From NCBI RefSeq assembly GCF_000315625.1, contig NW_005434570.1:105759-169758 (forward strand): 64,000 bases of DNA. The letters are read 5' to 3'. The translations under genes and the position numbers were made by a program. Position 1 is the first letter of the stretch; every line of letters begins with the position of its first letter. Source of the DNA: Guillardia theta CCMP2712. Lineage: Eukaryota > Protista > Cryptophyta. Under the pieces are notes generated by a model, which was not told the DNA's origin, made no database searches, and was given only the letters and a program-made list of their open reading frames with translations. Below, one piece after another: positions 40,184 to 50,899 of the stretch.

Positions 40184-43100
40184 TTTCATGATGTTACAAT
40201 TCAATAGAGCAGTGAAGATGGTCAAGACACATGACCAAAGGGAAGGGCATAAGATATCAGAACAAGAATCCAGAGAGGAAACGACATGACATGGCTGACA
40301 AGACGAGAAACGAGTGATCTAGACCAGAACATGTTGTTGCATTTACACTCACTTGGTCCGGTCCACTGCTCAGATACTACAGGCGTGATCGTCCCTGCGA
40401 TCGAGCGTGAGAGGAAGGCAATGAAGAAGGAAATGACGAAGAGAATGAGTGGAAGAGGTACGACAAGCAGAAAACAAGGAGGGAGGACGACGAAGAGAAA
40501 GACAAGAGAAAGGAGGGCAGAGATCAGCTTGCGATGGAGAAGCAAGAGGGAGGAGAAATAGAGAAGCAGGAGGAGTAGAAGCTCAAGGAGGACGAGACGT
40601 GAAGGGAGGGAGAAGGACAAGAAGAAGAAAGAGAAGGAGAAGAAGCACTGAAAGAAAGCAAAGGAGAAGGAGAAGGACTAGAGTGAGGAGGACGGAGCTG
40701 ATGTGTAAAGCGACGTCTCATCACCGGGGCTTGGAGTTGTGAACCAGCACATGCACTTCTCGAACATCAGGTTTGAGAAATATCTGAATGAGAGGGTGAG
40801 CGCCACAACGAACATGACAGACATCCCAACACAAGGAGATGAAAGATATGATGTAGCAATACTACATGATGTAGCAATTCTACACATTAATCATGTAGAA
40901 TCGCTACATCCTCACCTTTCTGCATGAATGGACTGAACAAGAACATCAAATCACGAGATACAACAAGAAAATGCATTGCTTATTTCCCGTTATCGGCATA
41001 TCACCTGTACTCCGTTCCTATCGTATCCATAACAAGCTGCGGCGTGGTGTCTGTTTTCTCATACGCTGTTGATTGCTTTGGTATGAATCGGTCAATTCCC
41101 TGCTCTGCAAAAGAGTGTTTCAGAGACAGTGATGAAGAGCAAGAGGAAACGACAGAGCAACTATGGAACGCTGACAGCATTTTATCAGAAGGATGAAAGG
41201 GAAATTGTATCAGATCGCAAACCAACAGACGACAAAACTTTCTCTTAACGAGGAGAGGGAAGAAGTCTTAGAACAAGGAACGTTTCATCCTCATATCATT
41301 CAGCTTTCCTCTCACTCATACGGCCTTCACCTGTCACAATCTTTCCTCCACAGCTCAGACAGGTTGAGTCCAATGTCAAAATCTCCAGCAGCTTCGGCCG
41401 CACTTCACTCCTGCCATCCTGCGTCAAGCTGTTTCCTCCTCCTCCTCCTCCTCCTCCTCCTCCTCCTCTTCCTCCTCCTCCGTCGCAGCCTCCAGCAACG
41501 TACCATGCGGACAGAAGAAGATCCATCGAAGAGTCGCCACGCAAAGAAAAACTGCATCCCAATCCTCAGTCATAGGTAAAGAGCACAGGGCAGCGCAGGA
41601 CTGTGAGGAGACAAGCGCACAGAAGCAAGAAAGGCAAAAAAGAAGAGAACACGGCAGCAAGAAGACGATTACTTGTATCCTTGCTGTATCCTTTGCTCTC
41701 TGCTCGTAAACATTGTATCCATCGGTGGTGTTGCTGCGCTGGCACCGTCCGCGGACCCTCTGCTCCAGCTTCACTTCCGTCCCTCCTCCTCTTCCTCTCT
41801 CACTCCATCCCCAGCTCGCCTCCACCCTCCTCCTCATAGCTCGCCGCATCCTCCTCCTCTTCCGCCAACATCCGTGCCTCCCCCATGGCCTCTCCTGCTC
41901 TCCTTCCCCTCCCTCCCCACTTTCCTTCTCTTCCCTTTCCTTCCCTTCCTCCTCTCGCGGCTCCTCCCCTCTTTACTTCATCCTCTTGCTCACCCGGCTA
42001 GCAGAGGACCATCTTGAGTTCTCGTTTGCATCTCCTGGCAATGACGAACACCGTGAGGGAGGGAGGAAGAGGGAAAGCAAGAGAAAAAGCTGGGACAGAT
42101 ACGTCCAGGTCGCTCACCCGAACAAAGGAAACGAAGTCGGGCTGAGCCAGAAAACTACAAGGATACAAGACCATGAGCTAGTACGAAAGGTTCAACTTGT
42201 ATCACCCGGCATATGATGACGTTGAGCAGGAATCTGGGACTGCACACGAGGAGAAAATGGCAGAGCTGACGATGAAGCTGCCGAGCAAGAGTTCAGCCAG
42301 ATAGCAGAGGATGATGCGGGTGTGAACAAGCAGGGCAAGGGATGAGATGGGGAGAGGGGGTACAGCCAGGCAGAAGATTGTAAAACAAAATCAAGAACGA
42401 CACAACAACCATGATCAGGTTCAGGATCAAGATCAGCGTCAGCATCATGGAAGCCAAAGGAGCAGGAGGGAGTTGTTCACCAATATCGATAACTCCCAAG
42501 GCAAGGGAAGGGGAACGGCTGCTGCCACAGCATGCAGTTGTCAAAGTCAGCCCCTGTGTCTGCAATGGCGATGACCTGCACCAAACAAACACGTCAAAAT
42601 ATCAGTCCCCTCTTCCTCCTGTCGACTCACTTGGCCGCTGCCGTTGAGAGGGGTCGCGATGGTCTTGGTGAAGAGTTTCGTGCTCAGCCTCGAGTCCTCC
42701 GACGATCCTGGAGGTAAACAATGTCTCAACACTGCTGCTGCTCCTCTTTTCTCGTCCACCTGATAGGACAATCTTTCCCGCCGCAAAGTTCCTTGTCACG
42801 TATGCGAACCTGGCAAAGGTTTCACATGTTCGCTGCAACTTCCTCCAAGTAAACGCACGTTGGCTCAATCCAATCCACCTCCACCAGATCAGCAACCCGC
42901 AAGATGATCTCCTGCGCTGTCATGGAGCGCGTGAGAGCAACAGGAGCACGACAGCACAAGAGACCTCGAGTAGCTGACAACTGTAGGATGAGATTGTTGG
43001 AATGGTCCAGGGTCTTTCAAGGGCGTCAATCTCATTAGATAGCTTGCAAGAGGAGAGGCAACCTGCACGATGAAGTGCTCTCCTGCACCAACGTACATCG

Positions 43101-43902
43101 ACACCATCCTTTCAAGATCCCTAGCAAACGTCCGATAGTCCCTAAGGCAGGACCGCGAGCGTTTCTGGTTCCCCGTTTCTCCTGCAAACAAGACAATCTT
43201 GAACGTCGCCGTGGCTGATAGTTGACGTTAGAGCTTCGCTCACGTCCATGGCATCACCATGTACCTGCCAGGGAGAGCTCTTGCATGTCAAATCCCAACT
43301 GCCGACATGTGAAAATCCCCGAATGTCGCTAGTGACGATTGATTTCACCTTGTCATATGCATGTCGTCTTCCCATCCAGCGGACATGTTTGGTTTCTTGC
43401 AACTCCTTGCACTCACCAAGGGGACATACCTTCAAGACAAGACCATCAAAGACCAACACATAAGCTCTGGTAGCTCCTGACCATCGTGAAGGCGTTGTGG
43501 TTCAGATAACCGCCCAACGTCACGTTCGCGTTCTCTCTGAGAGGTCCCACAAGCTCCGGGGATATCTTACAGAAGAGTGTCACGGGCTATAGTGTCCTGT
43601 AGAAAGACATGTTCATACTTGTATGAGCACTTGCAAGCATTCGCCGTCGGTCATGTTGAGGTCATGAAGAAAGCCTGATAGACTAGTCAGCGCTTTCACA
43701 ACAGCACGATGGATCTACTTTGCTGCGATGCAGTGCTGATCGCTCTGTTCTGTAGCAGTATCACGTTCTCGTCATCCTCCACGTAGCCCACCATCGCCAG
43801 CCCCGCAAAAACGAGCAAGACGGTCAGACACAAGTCCCTTGCGTGCTGCTCCTGGATTTTTGTTCCCTTCATCATGGGGACTCTCATCCAGCTATGATCC
43901 AT
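30912..43902 (-). CDS. Giant membrane-anchored S8 subtilase (KP-43/TagC-like); 3' end approximate
   Basis: Prodomain exons (GGYLNHNAF, VEVDWIEP). Catalytic motifs: GSGQVIAIADTGAD (~42560), GHGTHVA (37181-37192) and spliced TGSSMSA (~35740). Also SPGTCKNCLTVG, RVKPEL-MAPG, EGFGR, VTLVYTDP...LVNDLDL...NNVEQV and a TM helix LIIAIVIPCFVGLLIFICIM. The cytoplasmic-tail exons at 31-33.3 kb are less certain. Confidence 0.85.
42817..43898. repeat. Copy 1 of a ~1.07-kb direct duplication (subtilase 5' exons)
   Basis: Near-identical to 47575-48647, with scattered substitutions and one 9-bp indel. Confidence 0.97.
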
Positions 43903-44254
43903 GGTCTTGGATGCGTTACAGTATGTTGATCTGCGAGCTATCACGGAGAGCTCTGGAGATCATGACTGCTGTCTCCTCTCAACATCTTCCCTCCTTCGAC
44001 CGCCTCGCGCCCCTTCAAGCGCACCGCCATGCGGGTGACAAGTCTTGACTGAAAGGCTGTAAAGGTTAAAACAAAACAAAACCTACTGAAAAACTAGCTA
44101 GGATATTGTGACTAAAAGCCTCCCGGCGGCTGCTCGGCCCGGCAGCGCTCGGGCCGGGTCGAGTGGCGCGACAAGTTAGAAAAACCGGACGGACGACAAT
44201 CAGGAGAGTACATACAGCGAGAACTAGCGAGAACCAACCCTCATCCCGGCCTTT

Positions 44255-44435
44255 TGTTAAACTTGTACTATGCCAAGTAATGCATTTATCGTATGGACCT
44301 TAGCTACAACAAGACAGGTTTGCTCAAGACCATGTTTGATGCACACGAAATCGAATTGAGGAGCACATGAGAGATAGACTGTATGGTATCTAAGTGCTGA
44401 TGGTGTGGCAAGGCCGCGGGACCCAAGCCCTAACA
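44255..44435. mobile_element. Possible solo LTR
   Basis: 181 bp bounded by TGTTA...TAACA. No target-site duplication is visible. Confidence 0.3.
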
Positions 44436-44479
44436 TCAGTATCATCATCACTGATTATTTATCATTATCATTATCATCA

Positions 44480-44978
44480 TGTCAGGGATTGACCATCCTT
44501 GATGATGCTCTTTGATTCTGTGAACTTGAACCAACTTGCTAACTTGTTTAACAAGCAAACCAGGACCTCAACACAACCGCGCTCTCTGAACGTTGTCCAA
44601 CCGATAGGATAAAACAAGCTAGTTAACTGAAGTATACGTAACCGCTTAGGTAACTCCTATCATTACGCTCCCAAGCGCATCATTATCTGAGAAACATCTC
44701 GATGAACTTGGCTGCATCAGGAATTAGAATTAGCCGAATGAAACTCACGCATCAATTGACGAAGAAATGGCGTCGTCAATTCACGAAATGACAACCAAGA
44801 ATCAGACGCAGGATTATCATAACCCTTCCATCTGATCAAGTACTGCACACGACGACCTTTCCCACGACGAGATACGATCCACTTGGTAAAACTCACCATC
44901 CGAACGCACGATGGGATCAGGCGGTGCAACCTTTGTGTTGAAACACTCATCACGAATATCATGCTCCACCTCCTATCA
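44480..44978 (-). mobile_element. Internally deleted chromovirus (Ty3/gypsy) remnant: integrase chromodomain plus 183-bp LTR
   Basis: PPDPIVRSDGEFYQVD (frameshift) IVSRRGKGRRVQYLIRWKGYD. On the minus strand the LTR runs TGATAGGAG (44662) to CCTGACA (44480). The element's other end also begins TGATAGGAG (44978). CATCA flanks both sides. Confidence 0.75.
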
Positions 44979-45241
44979 CATCATCATCATCATCATCATT
45001 TATCCGATCGGATGATCATTATCATCATTATCATCATTATAGTATATTATCATCATTATCATCGGCTGATCATCATCATCATCATCATCATCATTATCAT
45101 TTATCCGATCGGATGATCATTATCATCATTATCATCATTATAGTATTATCATTATCATCATTATCATCATCATTACTCGGATCGTTTATTGAAAGGCAAA
45201 CCGGAGCAAAACACGTTATCATCATCATCATCATCATCATT
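44979..45241. repeat. Degenerate (ATC/ATT)n microsatellite with an internally duplicated TTTATCCGATCGGATGATC block
   Basis: Direct inspection. Confidence 0.9.
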
Positions 45242-45620
45242 AGCGAGCAGACCAGTCCTTCCGATTGACTGATCTACAGTACAAGTTTCTTTTCTATAAT
45301 ATTGTTTCGCATTTAAAATGGATTGCAGTAGTCATCTTAAATTTGTGTTACTACGTGGCCGGGCAAATTCTAACGTAAATAAAATAATGTAAGTAGGCCC
45401 TATTAAAAAAAGGTGGTCAAGTATTTTAACCGCGCCGGTAGCATCCTCCCCATGGTGGGGGTGGGGTGACCGTGAGGAAGAGGTTTAAAATGGAGACCGT
45501 TACAAATCTTAAGCCTTGGGTCACTCTTTTTGTGAGAAACCAGGGGGTGGTTGGGGGGAGAATTTTAAAATTGTCAACTTAACACTCAGGGGGTGGGGTG
45601 AACTTCCAGCAAGAGTTTCC

Positions 45621-46775
45621 ATGCTGGAGTCCATGAGGAGGCTGATGTGTGTCTGTGTGCTATGGGTTGTAGTCTTGGCTGGCATATGTCCCCAGGCCGA
45701 GGCGGCAGGCAGCGTGGAGTGTGTAAGCTGCACGTTTCTTGTCTCGGATGAGGGGTTGTTGTCGAGGCAGGGGAGCTGTGGGGTTGACTGTGGAAGTAGT
45801 CCTGGGTTGGGTTATCAAATGTTGACTTTTTTCGGGTATTTGCAAATTCGGCAAATATCTGATGGGGTCTTCGACGGACTGGTGAACTTGCAGTATCTGT
45901 ATTTTTACAACAAGCTGGAGAGTCTGTCTGTCGGGATCTTCGACGGGCTCATTAGCTTAAAGGGTCTACATCTTTCCGCCAACAGTCTCAAGAGTCTGCC
46001 TGCAGGAGTCTTCGACGGGCTCCCGGCGTTGCAAGAGCTATATCTCCAAAACAACCAGCTTTCCTGCATCTCTTCCCAGGCCTTCAAGGGTTTGCCCTCC
46101 CTTAATACTTTGGACCTGAGCAACAACAATCTACCCTGCTATCATTCGTCTTGGCCAAGCTTTGCTGTCAAGGACGCGAACCTAAATCAATGTGCGAGTG
46201 AAACTGATTGTCTTGATCATGTTTCAACAACTCCATTACAAGCAACAACATCAACAACTCCATTACAAGCAACAACAACATCAACTCCATTACTAGCAAC
46301 AACAACATCAACTCCAGCGACAACTCCAGCAACAACTCCAGCACCAACTCCAGCACCAACAACATCGTCAACTCCGTTACAAACAAGACCATCCACTCCA
46401 GCAACAACCATAGCACTGACTTCAACAGCAACTCCAGCACCAACGACATCATCAACTCCGTTAAAAACAACACCATCAATTCCAAAGCAACAACCAACTC
46501 CTGGACCTCCTGGATCTATGGAACCTCCTGTATCTTCGGAACCTCCTGTATCTCTGATTCCTCCTGCATCTGTTAGGGAGTCGAGCGTCACAACAATCGT
46601 TGTGATCTCAGTCGTTCTTCCGACTGTGCTTCTGGCTTTGTTGTTGGTCTACAGATACTATCGAGGGTCTATCCTTTCTTCCTGCGTTCCTCGAATGTCG
46701 TCAACCGATACAAGAAACAAAATACAAGATGTTACGCCTTCAGCACCTCCCCTGAGTGAAAAAGAAGAAGCATGA
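45621..46775 (+). CDS. Intronless type I membrane LRR receptor-like protein (signal peptide, Cys cap, ~4 LRRs, Thr/Pro stalk, TM, short tail)
   Basis: Leader MRRLMCVCVLWVVVLAGICPQAEA, repeats of LxxLxLxxNxLxxLPxGVFDGL, a STTPLQATT/TPAPT stalk and TM IVVISVVLPTVLLALLLVY. Confidence 0.92.
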   Translation: MLESMRRLMCVCVLWVVVLAGICPQAEAAGSVECVSCTFLVSDEGLLSRQGSCGVDCGSSPGLGYQMLTFFGYLQIRQISDGVFDGLVNLQYLYFYNKLESLSVGIFDGLISLKGLHLSANSLKSLPAGVFDGLPALQELYLQNNQLSCISSQAFKGLPSLNTLDLSNNNLPCYHSSWPSFAVKDANLNQCASETDCLDHVSTTPLQATTSTTPLQATTTSTPLLATTTSTPATTPATTPAPTPAPTTSSTPLQTRPSTPATTIALTSTATPAPTTSSTPLKTTPSIPKQQPTPGPPGSMEPPVSSEPPVSLIPPASVRESSVTTIVVISVVLPTVLLALLLVYRYYRGSILSSCVPRMSSTDTRNKIQDVTPSAPPLSEKEEA

Positions 46776-47574
46776 GAGTGGTGTACTATCGGTCGACTGC
46801 AAATTCTCAAGATACTGACCAGGATGATGCTGATGCTGTGAGATCGAGATGGTTTCTTTTACTTACATTCCTCATCTACCACCACCACGAGCAACAATCT
46901 GAAACCAAGTGCAAAGTATCAAGTTCCGATTTCCTTTTCTCGGAGGTTGGTGCCAGAAATGATAATACCACAAACAATTTCAACACAACAAGGAAAGAGA
47001 GGCAGTTCATCTAAGAATGCACATTAAAAAATAGGAGTCTACATTCGCTTCCATCGGATCCCATCAGATCAAGAGGATTGAACCAATACAATGCGTGCGT
47101 GTCTGTTTTCATCTCAAGACTCTGTTTTGGTTTGCTTTTGTTTTCATTCAAAGACTTTGTTTTGGTTTGTGTATGTGATGTTTTTTTCATTCCAAGACTT
47201 TGTTTTGGTTTCTTTGAATGAAAACGATAAATCCGATATACATTGAAAGGGCCTGTCCTCAACAAGATCAAGGTCGTCGGAGAAGACAAACATTCTTTGA
47301 ACAAATATTGTTTGGCTTTGTTCCTTCAGATGTCTCTGTGGCAGCCTTGTTATCATCTGACAAAGTTCTACTCTGCGATTTCAGCAGGAACTTTCCTCAA
47401 ATTCTACAACTTTCGATCAAAGCATTTAGGTTGGAAGCCGCTGATGTGGGGTTTATAGAGATGATACCCATATCGGCGACATGGTTTCTTGCTTTGATGA
47501 TGATGTTGAAGCCATGTCGACCTGTCAACATGTAATGATATGTTCCATAGCCTCCTCCTTGTTTAGGGTTGCGC

Positions 47575-48647
47575 AGGTTTCACATGTTCGCTGCAACTTC
47601 CTCCAAGTAAACGCACGTTGGCTCAATCCAATCCACCTCCACCAGATCAGCAACCCGCAAGATGATCTCCTGCGCTGTCATGGAGCGCGTGAGAGCAACA
47701 GGAGCACGACAGCACAAGAGACCTCGAGTAGCTGACAACTGTAGGATGAGATTGTTGGAATGGTCCAGGGTCTTTCAAGGGCGTCAATCTCATTAGATAG
47801 CTTGCAAGAGGAGAGGCAACCTGCACGATGAAGTGCTCTCCTGCACCAACGTACGTCGACACCATCCTTTCAAGATCCCTAGCAAACGTCCGATAGTCCC
47901 TAAGGCAGGACCGAGAGCGTTTCTGGTTCCCTGTTTCTCCTGCAAACAAGACAATCTTGAACGTCGCCGTGGCTGATAGTTGATGTTAGAGCTTCGCTCA
48001 CGTCCATGGCATCACCATGTACCTGCCAGGGAGAGCTCTTGCATGTCAAATCCCAACTGCCGACATGTGAATTGTCGCTCGTGACGATTGATTTCACCTT
48101 GTCATATGCATGCCGTCTTCCCATCCAGCAGACATGTTTGGTTTCTTGCAACTCCTTGCACTCACCAAGGGGGCATACCTTCAAGACAAGACCATCAAAG
48201 ACCAACACATAAGCTCAGGTAGCTCCTGACCATCGTGAAGGCGTTGTGGTTGAGATAACCGCCCAACGTCACGTTCTCGTTCTCTCTGAGAGGTCCCACA
48301 AGCTCCGGGGATATCTTTCATATGAGTGTCACGGGCTACAGTGTCCTGTAGAAAGACATGTTCATACTTGTATGAGCACTTGCAAGCATTCGCCGTCGGT
48401 CATGTTGAGGTCATGAAGAAAGCCTGATAGACTAGTCAGCGCTTTCACAACAGCACGATGGATCTACTTTGCTGCGATGCAGTGCTGATCGCTCTGTTCT
48501 GTAGCAGTATCACGTTCTCGTCGTCCTCCACGTAGCCCACCATCGCCAACCCCGCAAAAACGAGCAAGACGGTCAGGCACAAGTCCCTTGCGTGCTGCTC
48601 CTGGATTTTCGTTCCCTTCATCATGGGGACTCTCATCCAACTATGAT
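47575..48647 (-). pseudogene. Copy 2: truncated duplicate of the subtilase leader and prodomain exons
   Basis: Direct repeat of 42817-43898. It lacks the first ATG but keeps MRVPMM, and it breaks inside the intron just before the mature-domain exon. Confidence 0.9.
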
Positions 48648-49129
48648 AGCATTACGCCGCGGGCTCGGAGTCCGGAGCAAACTGCTACTACTAGCGGCCG
48701 CACAGTTAAGGCGTCCGTGGCAAGCCTCCTCTACTACTCAGGCTTCTAAGCTTCTAATTGTCGCGCAGCCTGTTAAGTGAAGCTACTCTGGGTCTGACCG
48801 TACTACCATACCGAGGCTGTGGCACCGGCGGTGATTGCATAAAGTGACTCAAGTAATAATGTAACTTGCTGAGACGGCCCGGCTAGGCTGGCCCAGTGGG
48901 CTTCAAGATTCTCAGTCTTAACGGACACGCTCTCCGCCGGGTCACGGCCTCCCGCGGCGCCGCCCGGTCAAACGGTCACGAGGGCCGTAGTGGGGACGAA
49001 ACTTTGAAACCAGGCGGAGGTATTCTCCGATACACTGTCGGCCGAGTCCCATCGAAGTCACGCTTTTACGAGAACCAAAACGGATATAGGAAGGTAAAAA
49101 GGGTCGATTCGATGGGACCGCTTGTATGA

Positions 49130-49228
49130 TATGAACCGATGCGTAGTGAGTTTCCGACTGATTTCCCATTCGCTGTAAGCCGCGACCACTTGTACCGTAT
49201 GAACCGATGCGTAGTGAGTTTCCGACTG
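49130..49228. repeat. 31-bp direct repeat x2 with a 68-bp period
   Basis: TATGAACCGATGCGTAGTGAGTTTCCGACTG at 49130-49160 and 49198-49228. Confidence 0.9.
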
Positions 49229-49347
49229 GGAATGTACGTCCCTTCCCCTCTCCCCCCTCTCCCCTCTCCCCCCCATTGTAAAACTAGTACTGATTTTTAA
49301 CTTAACTTTGAGTACATCGTCCTGCCTTCTTGTTACCTCCTTACCCC

Positions 49348-49973
49348 ATGAGCTCTCCCTCCCCTCCTACCTCTGTCCGTGTCTACCCCAGACGCAAGCT
49401 TGCCCAGCATCGCCATGACCTTCAGGTCGTCGTCATCTCCGAGGAGAGCCTGCGCTCTCTCTATGACTTGAGCCTGCCAGACGCCGCCAGGAGGCTGGTG
49501 AGGAGCTGCCATCCTGCTGTGCTGCGAGCTCTTTTTGCCTGTCTTTTATGATTCCGTCTGTTGGTGTCTCTGTGTCANNNNNNNNNNNNNNNNNNNNNNN
49601 NNNNNNNNNNNNNNNNNNNNNNNNNNNNNNNNNNNNNNNNNNNNNNNNNNNNNNNNNNNNNNNNNNNNNNNNNNNNNTCCGGACGGTATGCCGGAAGCTG
49701 GGCGTCACCAGGTGGCCCTACAGCCGGCCCGGGCGGAGTCAGGAGGACTCGTCTGACTCGGAGGCAAAGAACGCGGGCTCCTCGGGAGAGCAGGAGCGTC
49801 TCCCCGCACATGCCCAGGAGCGCTCCTGGGACAAGCTCGCTTGCAATGGGACGGCGGGGGACGACGAGGAGAGCATCTACCGAGCAGTCTTCTTCCGGGT
49901 GCACGGGAGGACGCCGGCGGAGCAAGATGACGGGAGGGCGAGCAGCTGCTGCTGGACATCAGGAGGGTCGTAG
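49348..49973 (+). CDS. RWP-RK domain transcription factor (spans an N gap)
   Basis: VYPRRK...ISEESLRSLYDLSLPDAARRL, intron, GVSVS, gap, then RTVCRKLGVTRWPY: the RWP-RK consensus. Confidence 0.9.
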
Positions 49974-50899
49974 ACTCGTGGAGGGGCAGGGTGGCGTCTA
50001 CGGGACGAGGAAGGGCTGAGGGAGGAGGGGGGGACCCTTGCATGTACGAGTAGTATGGGCTCTAGACTAGAGCTCGGAGGATGATAGTGTGGATGAGAGC
50101 GTATGCGGCAATAAACTTCTGAAAGCAAAAGCTCGGACAATCATTCAGTGATGAGACAAATCAGACGCACAGAGGAAGGAACAGTGATGTGTGATGGCTA
50201 CATCTTAAACCGACAAGCGGGCTTGTGCCCGCTTGTCGCTTCGGTATGCGCAACATGCACGAGCCTCAAGCATCGACTCGTCTGTACAAGCTGATAGCCC
50301 GAGGTGAATTGAAGCGCATGGTAGTACAGGATGGAAAGGCCCGGACTTACACAGCCTGCCCAACTTCGGCGAGCTCCGGTGGCAAGTCGATATGCTTTCC
50401 AGCCTTGCGGCAACGTGCATGGAGTTTGCTCCGAGTCGGTCCTGCAGTATTTGGGCTAACCTTCGAGTCAAGTTCATCGGAGCGCCATGGCACCGTACTC
50501 AGGGCCAGTTTCTCTCAGTGACTCCTGGTTGATGAACTTCTGTCACGGTCTCAGCTCACCCCTCAGCGCACGATCTTGGCACTGAATTATGGAGAGTTTA
50601 GATTTTGGGATCTTTGTCGGAGCGGCAGCCGCAGCACTGCAGTCAGCCCATCCGAACAGCCGGGCGGCCCGGCCTCAGACTGCCCCGGCACCCCTGCCAG
50701 TGTCCGGTCCGGGACTCCGGGACTCGGACTCGCGCGATCTGGGACCGGCGTACCGTCCGCGGCCGGGCCGGCGGCCGCCGGGCCCGGCCCGGCCTAAAAT
50801 GCCAGGGAGATGCTCTGGGGCGGACTCATAGCATCGTTTCGAGGGCGAAACCATGCAGCCATGGATAGCTGCGCACAATGGGAACGGAATGATGATGAT

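Noticed and set aside
44717-44962. Stand-alone host chromodomain (HP1-like) gene
   Set aside because: It is frameshifted, preceded by an integrase-type PPDPI linker and followed by an LTR-like segment.
49130-49228. CRISPR-like geometry (31-bp repeat, 37-bp spacer)
   Set aside because: There are only two copies, similarity extends beyond the repeat (a 68-bp tandem duplication), no cas genes are present, and the context is eukaryotic.
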